In this document: in pieces, positions 55,739 through 64,000 of the stretch
Position numbering within the stretch: the first letter of the stretch is position 1
Layout: each line of letters begins with the position of its first letter
Source of the DNA: a bacterium
GTDB taxonomy: Bacteria > Zhuqueibacterota > Zhuqueibacteria > Residuimicrobiales > Krinioviventaceae
Direction of reading: 5' to 3'
DNA: 64,000 bases
NCBI GenBank assembly: GCA_963693055.1
Contig: OY843751.1
Coordinates: 5,568,001 to 5,632,000 of the forward strand
The notes under the pieces: generated by a model
Seen by the model: the letters and a program-made list of their open reading frames with translations, nothing else
Database searches by the model: none
Told to the model about the DNA's origin: nothing
Program-made: the position numbers and the translations under genes

Positions 55739-56251
55739 ATGAAAAATCTTATCAGCATTCTGATCCTTATACTATTATCATCAAACTATCTATACTCTCA
55801 AAATATAAAGCCAGACTTAACCTATACTCCTAAAAATAAATCTATGGCTATAACAATGGGGGTGGCAAATACAATTGCTCCTCCCTTACTGGCATATTAT
55901 TTGGGAATAAATCAAAAACAAAGTCTGGGAAAATTGATTTTGGGGTATGGTATTCTGGCAGGCCCGGCAATGGGCAACTATTACGCACATGACATGAAGC
56001 GATTTTATTGGGGTGTAGGCTTGAGATTAGGATCAATGTTGTTTTACTCTACTTATTTTGAAGACGGTGTCAATAACGATACCGGAGCCTATATTATGGC
56101 CACAACCATACTTACAACAACTATCTGGAACATTTGGACCGCTCCCAAATCCGTTCAGGAATACAATGATAAAAACATCAACCTCTCTCTTGCACCCTGT
56201 TATCTGCCGCAGTCCCGCTCTGTGGGTATTGCTTTGAATTTGAATTTTTAA
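55739..56251 (+). CDS. Hypothetical exported/membrane protein
   Basis: Signal peptide, hydrophobic helices, C-terminal beta strands ending in Phe. Confidence 0.7.
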   Translation: MKNLISILILILLSSNYLYSQNIKPDLTYTPKNKSMAITMGVANTIAPPLLAYYLGINQKQSLGKLILGYGILAGPAMGNYYAHDMKRFYWGVGLRLGSMLFYSTYFEDGVNNDTGAYIMATTILTTTIWNIWTAPKSVQEYNDKNINLSLAPCYLPQSRSVGIALNLNF

Positions 56252-56267
56252 TCCCCCCCCCTTTTAA

Positions 56268-56300
56268 GCAGGGATTCTCAAAAAACAATCCCTGCATTTT
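56268..56300 (+). terminator. Intrinsic terminator of the TonB cluster
   Basis: GCAGGGATT-N10-AATCCCTGC followed by T-runs. Confidence 0.65.
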
Positions 56301-56378
56301 TCATTTTTTTTTTTTATTTTGATCACATCTTTTTCATATAAATTGTTATATTGAAACCATAAACATGAGGATGATTTA

Positions 56379-57425
56379 ATGCACAAATATGTAATAACAA
56401 TTATACTGGCGCTGATGTATGGCTGTACTCCCCCTCCGGCAGAGGAGAAACTGTCCCCGATCATTGTAACCGAACCGGTGCAATATGACACGGATGATCC
56501 GGCCATCTGGGTGTGCCCGGACGATCCCGCAAAAAGCCTGATTATCGGTACCGATAAAGACAAAGACGGCGGACTCTATGTGTTCGATCTTGACGGCAAA
56601 ATAGTAGCCGACAAATGTGTCCACAATCTGAAACGCCCCAACAATGTAGATATTGAATACGGGCTGCCCTTAAACGGAATCCCTACCGATATTTGTGTAA
56701 CCACGGAACGGTTAAACAACCAGATCCGTATATTCAGTCTGCCTGACATGAAACCCATTGACAATGGCGGTATTGCCGTGTTCGAGGGCGACTCGCTCCG
56801 CGCGCCCATGGGCATTGCGCTCTACAAACGCCCTTCCGACGAGGCCATTTTCGCAATTGTGGGACGCAAAAAAGGCGCTACAGACGCTTACCTCTGGCAG
56901 TACCGTTTGCAGGATGACGGTAAGGGTATGGTAAAAGCAGATCTGGTACGTAAATTCGGAACATGGAGCGGCACCAAAGAAATTGAGGCCATCGCTGTGG
57001 ACGACGAGTTGGGCTATGTCTATTATTGCGATGAAAAAACCGGAATCCGTAAATACCCGGCTGATCCTGATTCACCCAACGCGAATACAGAACTGGCACT
57101 GTTCGGTACGGATAATTTTACCAATGATCGAGAAGGAATCTCTATTTATGATCTGGATAACGGCAAGGGGTACATCCTGGTATCCGATCAGCAGGCAGAC
57201 CGGTTTAATATTTACCCCCGTGAAGGTACAAAAGCCAACAAACATGAACATCCTTTATTAAAATCCGTGAATGTCTCTACCCATGAAAGCGACGGTTCCG
57301 ATATTTACAGCGGTTATCTGAATGAACAGTTTCCACATGGTATATTTGTAGCCATGTCAACCAACAAAACATTCCAATATTACGCATGGGAGCAGATTGC
57401 CGGAAAAAATCTAGATATCAAATAA
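56379..57425 (+). CDS. Beta-propeller phytase (3-phytase) lipoprotein
   Basis: Lipobox-like YGC; DTDDPAIW, IIGTDK, GGLYVFDL.G, NNVDI, EIEAI..DDE, DREGI, ESDG, FP.G.FVA. Confidence 0.92.
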   Translation: MHKYVITIILALMYGCTPPPAEEKLSPIIVTEPVQYDTDDPAIWVCPDDPAKSLIIGTDKDKDGGLYVFDLDGKIVADKCVHNLKRPNNVDIEYGLPLNGIPTDICVTTERLNNQIRIFSLPDMKPIDNGGIAVFEGDSLRAPMGIALYKRPSDEAIFAIVGRKKGATDAYLWQYRLQDDGKGMVKADLVRKFGTWSGTKEIEAIAVDDELGYVYYCDEKTGIRKYPADPDSPNANTELALFGTDNFTNDREGISIYDLDNGKGYILVSDQQADRFNIYPREGTKANKHEHPLLKSVNVSTHESDGSDIYSGYLNEQFPHGIFVAMSTNKTFQYYAWEQIAGKNLDIK

Positions 57426-57444
57426 TAAAAATTTCGCCACGCAC

Positions 57445-57484
57445 AAAAAAAAGGCCCCTGTCAAATGACAAGGGCCCTTTTTTT
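57445..57484. terminator. Bidirectional terminator between phytase and ferritin
   Basis: A8-GGCCCCTGTCA-AA-TGACAAGGGCCC-T7. Confidence 0.8.
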
Positions 57485-57499
57485 AAAAGAAATATCTGT

Positions 57500-58000
57500 T
57501 TAATGTCCGCCACCTGCACGAGCACCAAGTTGAGCGTCAATCATAAGCATTGCGTGACCCGCGTTTCCAACCATCTTTAATTTGTTAACAATCTTGTCCA
57601 TAGAATCTTCTTCTTCAACCTGTTCGGTTACAAACCAATCCAAAAAGGTTTTAGTAGCATGATCGTTTTCTTTGATTGCAAGGTCTACCAGACTGTTAAT
57701 GCTGCCGGTAATATATTTTTCATGCTTTAAAGACTGTTCAAAAATATCCATTGGACCATCAAAATCACTTGCCGGTTTTTCAATGGCTTCAAGAATAACG
57801 CGTCCACCCCGTTCATTAACATAGCTGTAAAATTTCATAGCGTGTCCTACTTCTTCCTGAGCCTGGGCTTTCATAAAGCTTGCCATACCATCCAAATTTT
57901 CACTTTCAAAATAAGAAGCCATTGCAAAGTAAAAATATGAAGAAAATAATTCTTTGTTAATTTGTTCGTTTATTGCTTTTTCCATTGTTTTAGAAATCAT
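57500..58000 (-). CDS. ftn: Non-heme ferritin
   Basis: QINKELFSSY.Y, QAQEE..HA, HEK.IT, FL.WFV.EQVEEE ferroxidase residues. Confidence 0.96.
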   Translation of the reverse strand: MISKTMEKAINEQINKELFSSYFYFAMASYFESENLDGMASFMKAQAQEEVGHAMKFYSYVNERGGRVILEAIEKPASDFDGPMDIFEQSLKHEKYITGSINSLVDLAIKENDHATKTFLDWFVTEQVEEEDSMDKIVNKLKMVGNAGHAMLMIDAQLGARAGGGH

Positions 58001-58123
58001 TGTGTTGCTCCTTTTTCAGTTTTTATCATTACATAATCAATTTTTTAAGGGAATTTTAATGGATCATTTCAATAAATTAAACAAAAAAAAACCGCAAATA
58101 TTTCAATGAATTTTTATAAAAAG

Positions 58124-58156
58124 AACGCCAAAGGATTTATTTTATCCTTCGGCGTT
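58124..58156 (-). terminator. Terminator after hcp
   Basis: AACGCCAAAGGAT-N7-ATCCTTCGGCGTT with an A-run on the left. Confidence 0.65.
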
Positions 58157-58195
58157 ATTAAATATCAAATAAAAATAACTACTATACGACAAAGC

Positions 58196-59821
58196 TTAGG
58201 CTAAAATGGCTTTTAAATCCTCCTCTACAGTAGAAATGGGTTTAATGTCAAACTGCTCTACAAGAAAATTCAAAATATTGGGGGTAATAAATGCAGGAAG
58301 CGTGGGTCCCAGGCGAATACCTTTTACTCCCAATGCAAGCAAAGACAATAAAACCGCAACCGCTTTCTGTTCATACCATGACAGAACCAAAGACAATGGC
58401 AAATCATTAATTCCGCAGTCAAAGGCCTCTGCAAGGGCCATGGCAATCTTGACCGCTGAATACGCGTCATTGCATTGGCCTACATCCAATAACCGGGGTA
58501 TACCACCAATATCTCCCAAATCCAAATGATTAAATCTGAACTTGCCGCAAGCCAACGTCAATATAACCGTATCTTTCGGTGCCTGTTCAACCAGTTCAGT
58601 ATAATAATTTCTTCCCGGCTTTGCACCATCACAACCACCAACCAGCATAAAATGTTTAATCGCTCCCGCCTTTACGCCTTCTATCACCTTATCTGCAACA
58701 GACATGACTGCATTTCTCCCGAAACCGGTCATTAATGTACCACCAGGTGTATCTTTCAGGCCGCCAAGCGCAATTGCCTTTTCTATAACGGGAGTAAAAT
58801 CATGGTCATCAATATGTTTTACACCAGGCCAGGCTACCAGATCTGTCGTAAATACCTGGTCCATATAAGATTCCCGTGGTTTTTGAATACAGTTTGTATT
58901 GAACAAAAACGCTGCAGGTACACCATCAAATTCTTTTTGCTGGTTCTGCCATGCTGTTCCAAAATGACCCGCAAAATGAGGGTATTTTTTAAACGCGGGG
59001 TAACCATGTGCGGGTAGCATTTCACCATGGGTATAAACATTAACACCTTTACCCTCTGTTTGCTTTAATAACTTTTCCATTACCAGCATATCATGCCCTG
59101 TAATTACAATGGCAGGCCCTTTTTTCAATGCAGTTGAGACCACCGTTGGTTCCGGATGACCAAATCGCTCCGTATGCCCTTTATCTAATATTTCCATCGC
59201 CCGAATATTGATGGTTCCGCATTCCATAACCAATTCCACCAGAGAATCAACCGAGGCATCTACATTATTTAATGCGGACAATGCTTTGTGAAAAAAAGCA
59301 GGAATAGCATCGTCGGTTTCACCCAGAATCGCTGCATGGTCTGCGTATGCGGCAACTCCCTTTAATCCATACATTAACAGCTCTTGTAAAGAACGAACAT
59401 CCTCATTCTGAATAGCCAAAACACCAATACCTTCAATCACAACAGCATCGTTTACCATATCCTGAATACCCGCTCCATTAACAAAAGTTGCCGAAGCTGG
59501 TAAAGTGCTATTTTTAAACTCTTTTTCATACAACCCTTTTAATCCATTTTTAACTTCCTGGGCCTTTTTTATCCATCCCGCCAAACGTTCAGGATCAAAG
59601 TTCACATTGGTAACGGTAGTAAACAAACCTTCCATTACAAAACGATCTGCAATTGGGGTAGAAATATTGTTTTCACGCAAAGCGTGTGCTAAATAACCAA
59701 TTCCTTTCAACTGATATATTAAAACATCTTGCAAATCTGCTACATTGGGTTCTTTACCGCAAACACCTATCTTTTTACAACCCGTTCCCTTGGCAGCCTG
59801 TTCACATTGATAACAAAACAT
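58196..59821 (-). CDS. hcp: Hybrid cluster protein (hydroxylamine reductase), class-1 Cys spacing
   Basis: MFCYQCEQ-C-CGK (CX2CX8CX5C), YTHGEMLPAH, GGCDG, LACGK, DVGQCND, SWYEQKA. Confidence 0.98.
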   Translation of the reverse strand: MFCYQCEQAAKGTGCKKIGVCGKEPNVADLQDVLIYQLKGIGYLAHALRENNISTPIADRFVMEGLFTTVTNVNFDPERLAGWIKKAQEVKNGLKGLYEKEFKNSTLPASATFVNGAGIQDMVNDAVVIEGIGVLAIQNEDVRSLQELLMYGLKGVAAYADHAAILGETDDAIPAFFHKALSALNNVDASVDSLVELVMECGTINIRAMEILDKGHTERFGHPEPTVVSTALKKGPAIVITGHDMLVMEKLLKQTEGKGVNVYTHGEMLPAHGYPAFKKYPHFAGHFGTAWQNQQKEFDGVPAAFLFNTNCIQKPRESYMDQVFTTDLVAWPGVKHIDDHDFTPVIEKAIALGGLKDTPGGTLMTGFGRNAVMSVADKVIEGVKAGAIKHFMLVGGCDGAKPGRNYYTELVEQAPKDTVILTLACGKFRFNHLDLGDIGGIPRLLDVGQCNDAYSAVKIAMALAEAFDCGINDLPLSLVLSWYEQKAVAVLLSLLALGVKGIRLGPTLPAFITPNILNFLVEQFDIKPISTVEEDLKAILA

Positions 59822-59897
59822 ATTATTCTCCTTTCCAGTCCATCAATTCTAATTATTGGGGGTCCGTTATATTTATATTAAACATGAAATATGTAAA

Positions 59898-60743
59898 TTA
59901 TACGCTCAACCATTCTTCTCGTAACAGCTCTCCTTCAACACTGACAACAATCCCTTTAATAGGAACTTTGCGCTGCGCCTGCTCAACCGCTTGCTGTGCC
60001 AGCATAATTAACCCTCTACAGCAAGGTACCTGCATGATCATAACCGTTAGGGTATTAATTTGCGCGTGATCAATCATGGCAACCAATTTTTCCAAATAGA
60101 CATCTGTACCGCTGTCTAATTTGGGACAAGCAATAGCCAATGATTTGTCTTTCAAATAGTCTTTATGGAAATCTCCAACACTGAATGCCACACAATCCGC
60201 TGCCAGCAGTACATCTGCATTGCGGTATTGCGGTGCATTGGGAGAGATCAGGTGCATTTGTACAGGCCAGTGGCGCAGCTGAGATGGCCTATGACCCGCA
60301 GTACCATTCTCTTGCTCAACAACCGTTGTCTTGTCAAATTCCAAAGCCTTTGACCCGGGACAGCCCGTATGATGAACAGGACTATCATTATCTTCCGGTA
60401 CAGCAATACCTCTTTCCTTCAAGATCTCTACTGCTTGATTATAATAATCGGTTTCGTTATGGTCTTTTAAATGTTTGAGATGCGCCTTGATTGTATTTGC
60501 ACCCGCATTTATGATATTCTCCATAACACGGGCTTCATTATACGGTTCGGCTTCTCGCTCTTCAATGGTAATTGCACCTTCCGGGCAATGACCCAGGCAG
60601 GCCCCTAATCCATCACAAAACAGGTCACTAACCAGCCTAGCTTTTCCATCAATCATCTGTATAGCACCTTCCGGGCAACCAGGAATACACAGTCCACAAC
60701 CTGTACATTTTTCTTCATCTATATTAATTATCTGTCGTTTCAT
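59898..60743 (-). CDS. 4Fe-4S dicluster iron-sulfur protein, hcp-associated
   Basis: CTGCGLCIPGCP, CDGLGACLGHCP, GCPGS, WPVQ, AADC, CPKLD, M.VPCC. Confidence 0.9.
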   Translation of the reverse strand: MKRQIINIDEEKCTGCGLCIPGCPEGAIQMIDGKARLVSDLFCDGLGACLGHCPEGAITIEEREAEPYNEARVMENIINAGANTIKAHLKHLKDHNETDYYNQAVEILKERGIAVPEDNDSPVHHTGCPGSKALEFDKTTVVEQENGTAGHRPSQLRHWPVQMHLISPNAPQYRNADVLLAADCVAFSVGDFHKDYLKDKSLAIACPKLDSGTDVYLEKLVAMIDHAQINTLTVMIMQVPCCRGLIMLAQQAVEQAQRKVPIKGIVVSVEGELLREEWLSV

Positions 60744-60801
60744 TCTGCACCTCGTTTGTTCTTTTGACTGGATTAAAATAGTACAAAATGCTTGAAAAAT
60801 C

Positions 60802-60817
60802 CTTGATTCACATCAAG
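60802..60817. promoter_or_regulatory. FNR-type box between divergent hcp operon and hcpR
   Basis: CTTGAT-TCAC-ATCAAG, a perfect TTGAT-N4-ATCAA. Confidence 0.8.
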
Positions 60818-60852
60818 TGAATAGCTATTTTCTAAATAAATGAGATATTTTT

Positions 60853-61524
60853 ATGACTAGCGATCTATTATTAACTATAGAAAAAAATCTCCTAGCCTCT
60901 ACCTACTTCCAGGGACTGTCAGACACCAGTCGTAAAGCTCTGGCTGAAATCTGTATACCCAAAAACATTTCAAAAAAACAAATCTTGTTTCTAGAGGGTA
61001 CCAGCGGACATGCAATTTATCATTGTGTTTCAGGTAATTTGCAGTTATACAAAACAACAGCAGATGGCAAAGAGATTGTAATTAAAACCGTTAAACCGGG
61101 TGAACTGTTTGCCGAAGTGATCCTCTTTGAGCAGGACAGCTACCCCGTTTCCGCAAGGGCATTAACCAGTGGACAGGTGTATGTATTACCCAAAATACAA
61201 ATACACTGTCTGCTTGAAAGGCCTGATTTCCGCAATGACTTTATCAGCATGCAGATGAAAAAACAGCGATATCTGGCCAATCAGATCAAATATCTCAGCA
61301 CTCATGATGTAGAAGAAAGATTGTTTCTGTTTATAAAGGAAATGTTTGGAGAAAAGGAAACCATTGACCTCAAGCTGTCAAAAAAAGATGTGGCGGCTTC
61401 CATAGGAACAACCCCTGAATCCCTATCCCGATTATTACTCAGATTAAAACAGGAAAATAAACTCGAGTGGAATGACAAAACGTTAAAAATAAATCATAAC
61501 GTTTGGAAAGGTCTTTTAATATAA
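60853..61524 (+). CDS. Crp/Fnr-family regulator, HcpR-like
   Basis: cNMP-binding fold (LF.EG, GELFAE, YPVSA); HTH GTTPESLSR; divergent from the hcp operon. Confidence 0.9.
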   Translation: MTSDLLLTIEKNLLASTYFQGLSDTSRKALAEICIPKNISKKQILFLEGTSGHAIYHCVSGNLQLYKTTADGKEIVIKTVKPGELFAEVILFEQDSYPVSARALTSGQVYVLPKIQIHCLLERPDFRNDFISMQMKKQRYLANQIKYLSTHDVEERLFLFIKEMFGEKETIDLKLSKKDVAASIGTTPESLSRLLLRLKQENKLEWNDKTLKINHNVWKGLLI

Positions 61525-61564
61525 GACAACCGGGCCCTGCGATGGAGTACAGAGCCCGAATTGT

Positions 61565-61963
61565 TTAACCATTGACAGCACTTTCGTTGGCAATAAAAGC
61601 GTTCACCTCTATGGTAGGCGGTGTAAGCAGATGTTTTTTTACAGCACATTGGTCCGCCGCACGAATCACCGCATCTTTATATTTTTCCGGAAAAGTTTCC
61701 GGCAAGTGTATATTCAATTCCATTTTGCCGATCAGATGAGTAGCCGGATCCGTATACATCCGCTGGATAATCTCTATACCCTCGGTTGAAACACCGCGCT
61801 GATCACAAAATGATTTCACATAAATTCCCGCGCATGTACCAATAGACGCTAAAAAAAGCGCGAATGGCGGGGGTGCGGTTCCATCCTGGTTTGTAGGAAT
61901 TGTCATCGGTCCATATTGGGCATCTACTCTAAGCCCGCCGGGAAAAGTTACTTTTATATCCAA
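61565..61963 (-). CDS. OsmC-family protein
   Basis: AP.PFALFLASIGTCAG and DQCAVKK two-Cys pattern; TTG start with AAGGAG. Confidence 0.88.
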   Translation of the reverse strand: MDIKVTFPGGLRVDAQYGPMTIPTNQDGTAPPPFALFLASIGTCAGIYVKSFCDQRGVSTEGIEIIQRMYTDPATHLIGKMELNIHLPETFPEKYKDAVIRAADQCAVKKHLLTPPTIEVNAFIANESAVNG

Positions 61964-62047
61964 AATTTTTCTCCTTACTCGTTGTTTCTTTGTATTCTTT
62001 TTATTAATTTGATGTGATTATAAATAAAAGGATTCAAATCATTCCAC

Positions 62048-62941
62048 ATGATGTTTGAATATTTCGTAACAAAACCTTTCGACCTTGCAAATACAGTCAA
62101 ATCACATGGCTGGTTTCAACTCGTTCCTTTTTATTGGGATAATTCTACAAACACCCTAAACTGGGCTTTGAATACATCTCAAAACGGACCCGTTGCGATT
62201 TCTATTCAAGAGCAGGAATCTGGTTCGGAACAGACAAAACTCTTGTTCAAAACGCACAACAATGCCACGGCAGACAAGGATGAAATCATAAACCAGTTTC
62301 ACCTGGTCTTTAATCTGGATCTCAATTTATCCGGATTTTATAAAATCTGCTCTCTACATTCTACTTTAAAGCAATTACCACAAAAGGGTATGGGACGTTT
62401 AATGCGTTCTCCCAATGTCTTTCAGGATGTTTTTAAAAGCATCTGCGGTACCAATGTTATGTGGAAACAAGCCGTGAAAATGGTAAATACTATTGCGGAA
62501 CTGGGTGATGTAGTACCGGGTACATCGTATCGTGTTTTTCCTACACCCCAACAGATACTTGACGCCAGCGAAAGTTATCTCAAAGATACAGGACGTGTTG
62601 GATATCGCAGTGCGTATCTCATAGAACTTGCCAACAGGTATATGAATGAAAATCCGGAAACAGCATATAACCATAATACCTATCCAGAGCTTTTTCAATT
62701 TTTTGTAAATCACAAAGGAATTGGCAAAGTCACAGCCCGCTACCTTTGCGCTTTATATGGCAGATTTGAAGAATTATCTATAGATAGTCTGGTTATATCT
62801 TACATGACCCGGACATATTTCAACGGAACCAAACCGGAAACCGGGCAAATTGAACAGATATTTGAACAATATGGTGAATGGAAATATCTGGTATATTGGA
62901 TGGAATTCGTGCTGAACAAAGGATGGGACCCGGATGCATAA
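62048..62941 (+). CDS. HhH-GPD DNA glycosylase (AlkA/Ogg-like)
   Basis: SHGW..L.PF, GRLMRSP..F.D..K.IC.TN, FPTP, GYRS, KGIGK.TA, IDS. Confidence 0.85.
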   Translation: MMFEYFVTKPFDLANTVKSHGWFQLVPFYWDNSTNTLNWALNTSQNGPVAISIQEQESGSEQTKLLFKTHNNATADKDEIINQFHLVFNLDLNLSGFYKICSLHSTLKQLPQKGMGRLMRSPNVFQDVFKSICGTNVMWKQAVKMVNTIAELGDVVPGTSYRVFPTPQQILDASESYLKDTGRVGYRSAYLIELANRYMNENPETAYNHNTYPELFQFFVNHKGIGKVTARYLCALYGRFEELSIDSLVISYMTRTYFNGTKPETGQIEQIFEQYGEWKYLVYWMEFVLNKGWDPDA

Positions 62942-63488
62942 ATACGAAAAGCTACTGGCTCTTTTACAAATTCATTTCAACCTGTACAAGGAAATATCTG
63001 TACAAGATATTTACAAATTACTATATCAGGGCACCATGGGACCCAGGCACATGTTAAAACATGTAGATAAAGCCCATGCATATCTGTTAAAAGAATGGCA
63101 AGAGGTACCAACTCATACTTACAAACCACTACTTGTCCCTGTCTCAACAGACCACTCTGTGGTTAGGATCAATTTTCAGACTGCTAAAGCCAAAGAGATA
63201 ACAGCAGAAGCCATTTGGGAGATGAAATACCAGACAGCCCTGCATTTTGTAGAAAAGAAAAAGATATTTAAAAGCCTGTGGTGGAAAACCATGGAGCTTG
63301 TACAAAATGAGAAAATCCCTTATACTATAGAACAGTTCCATGAACTTGACAAAAAAGCCTGGGATAAAAATTATCCGGCCATACATCATTCAGAAGCTTA
63401 TCGCAAGGCAAATTATCCGGCATACCGGATAATACTTTTAACAGAATTTGAAAAACTATATCCAAATTACAGAGAGGACCATGAATAA
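62934..63488 (+). CDS. Conserved hypothetical protein
   Basis: QD.YKLLYQ..MGP.H and HHS..YR....PAYR.. motifs; overlaps both neighbouring genes. Confidence 0.75.
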   Translation: MHKYEKLLALLQIHFNLYKEISVQDIYKLLYQGTMGPRHMLKHVDKAHAYLLKEWQEVPTHTYKPLLVPVSTDHSVVRINFQTAKAKEITAEAIWEMKYQTALHFVEKKKIFKSLWWKTMELVQNEKIPYTIEQFHELDKKAWDKNYPAIHHSEAYRKANYPAYRIILLTEFEKLYPNYREDHE

Positions 63489-63939
63489 AACAGAAGCATA
63501 TAAATGGGCGGCAAAACGGGTCAGAGCGCAGGTATTGCGCAGTATTGATCCGGTTCCCACATTGGCCAATACAAGCGCAATATTAAAAGAATATTTTCCA
63601 AACTATTTCTGGGCTGGCTTTTATTTCAGCTATACCGGTTACCTTTTACTGGGCCCATTCCAGGGACCTCCGGCATGTGTTAAACTCCCTCTCGACAAGG
63701 GTGTTTGTGCGGCCTGTGCCAACAAAAAGGAAACCATCATTGTACCCAATGTTCACGAATTCCCGGGACACGTAGCCTGCGACGACCGTTCAAATTCAGA
63801 GATCGTTGTTCCTGTATTTGATCAAAACAACAACCTTAGGGCCATTCTCGACATAGACAGTGCCCAACTGGACGATTTTGATGAAACAGATGCCGAAGGC
63901 CTGCAAGTCATTGCGGATCTGTTAAAGGAGATCTGGTAA
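63481..63939 (+). CDS. msrC: GAF-domain free methionine-R-sulfoxide reductase (fRMsr)
   Basis: WAGFY, LGPFQGPPAC, GVC, VPNVH.FPGHVACD..S.SEIVVP, LDIDS. Start taken at ATG 63481. Confidence 0.9.
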   Translation: MNKTEAYKWAAKRVRAQVLRSIDPVPTLANTSAILKEYFPNYFWAGFYFSYTGYLLLGPFQGPPACVKLPLDKGVCAACANKKETIIVPNVHEFPGHVACDDRSNSEIVVPVFDQNNNLRAILDIDSAQLDDFDETDAEGLQVIADLLKEIW

Positions 63940-64000
63940 ACAGATTGTTTTTGGCATTTTGACCTTTTTTAAGTACATTTGCTTTGAATTTTCCAAATAG

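Noticed and set aside
56253-56313. C9 and long T homopolymers as phase-variation tracts
   Set aside because: They flank a terminator stem outside coding sequence, with no evident promoter spacer role; could also be sequencing noise.
1-64000. Avoidance of GGWCC as support for the R-M specificity
   Set aside because: GGACC/GGTCC sites are readily seen, including one in the endonuclease gene; an observed/expected count is needed and was not done.

Overview
A gene-dense 64 kb bacterial chromosome segment with about 53 CDS, one tRNA-Lys(CTT) and one intact IS256 carrying an 8-bp target-site duplication. The LEQNYPNPFN/FlgD-Ig C-terminus, TonB/FecR/ECF cluster, Tat-exported sulfatase and class-1 hcp suggest a Gram-negative anaerobe of the FCB-related lineages such as KSB1 or Calditrichota; this is inference only. 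Core genes include amiC-type amidase, trxB, plsY, rnz, tkt, gpmI, archease-rtcB, ferritin and hcp-hcpR. They are interrupted by AT-rich accessory inserts: a four-gene Panacea / MazF-like / membrane-anchored / Cas2-VapD-like islet (10.3-12.3 kb), a YbjQ-zinc-finger gene, a SinI-like methyltransferase + TdeIII-family endonuclease + Vsr islet behind the tRNA, and an AT-rich replacement of the 3' part of a TonB receptor locus. The most striking unexplained signal is non-coding. A dispersed family of GATC-tagged palindromes (31-bp core GATCGTGACGGAGAT-G-ATCTCCGTCACGATC) occurs as four clear copies and two altered ones. A related 126-bp inverted doublet shows compensatory base changes, and two intergenic mosaics reuse the same repeat modules in different order. 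No cognate REP transposase is encoded in the window. No CRISPR array, rRNA, integrase or prophage was seen. All family assignments come from motif recognition by eye, not from database searches.
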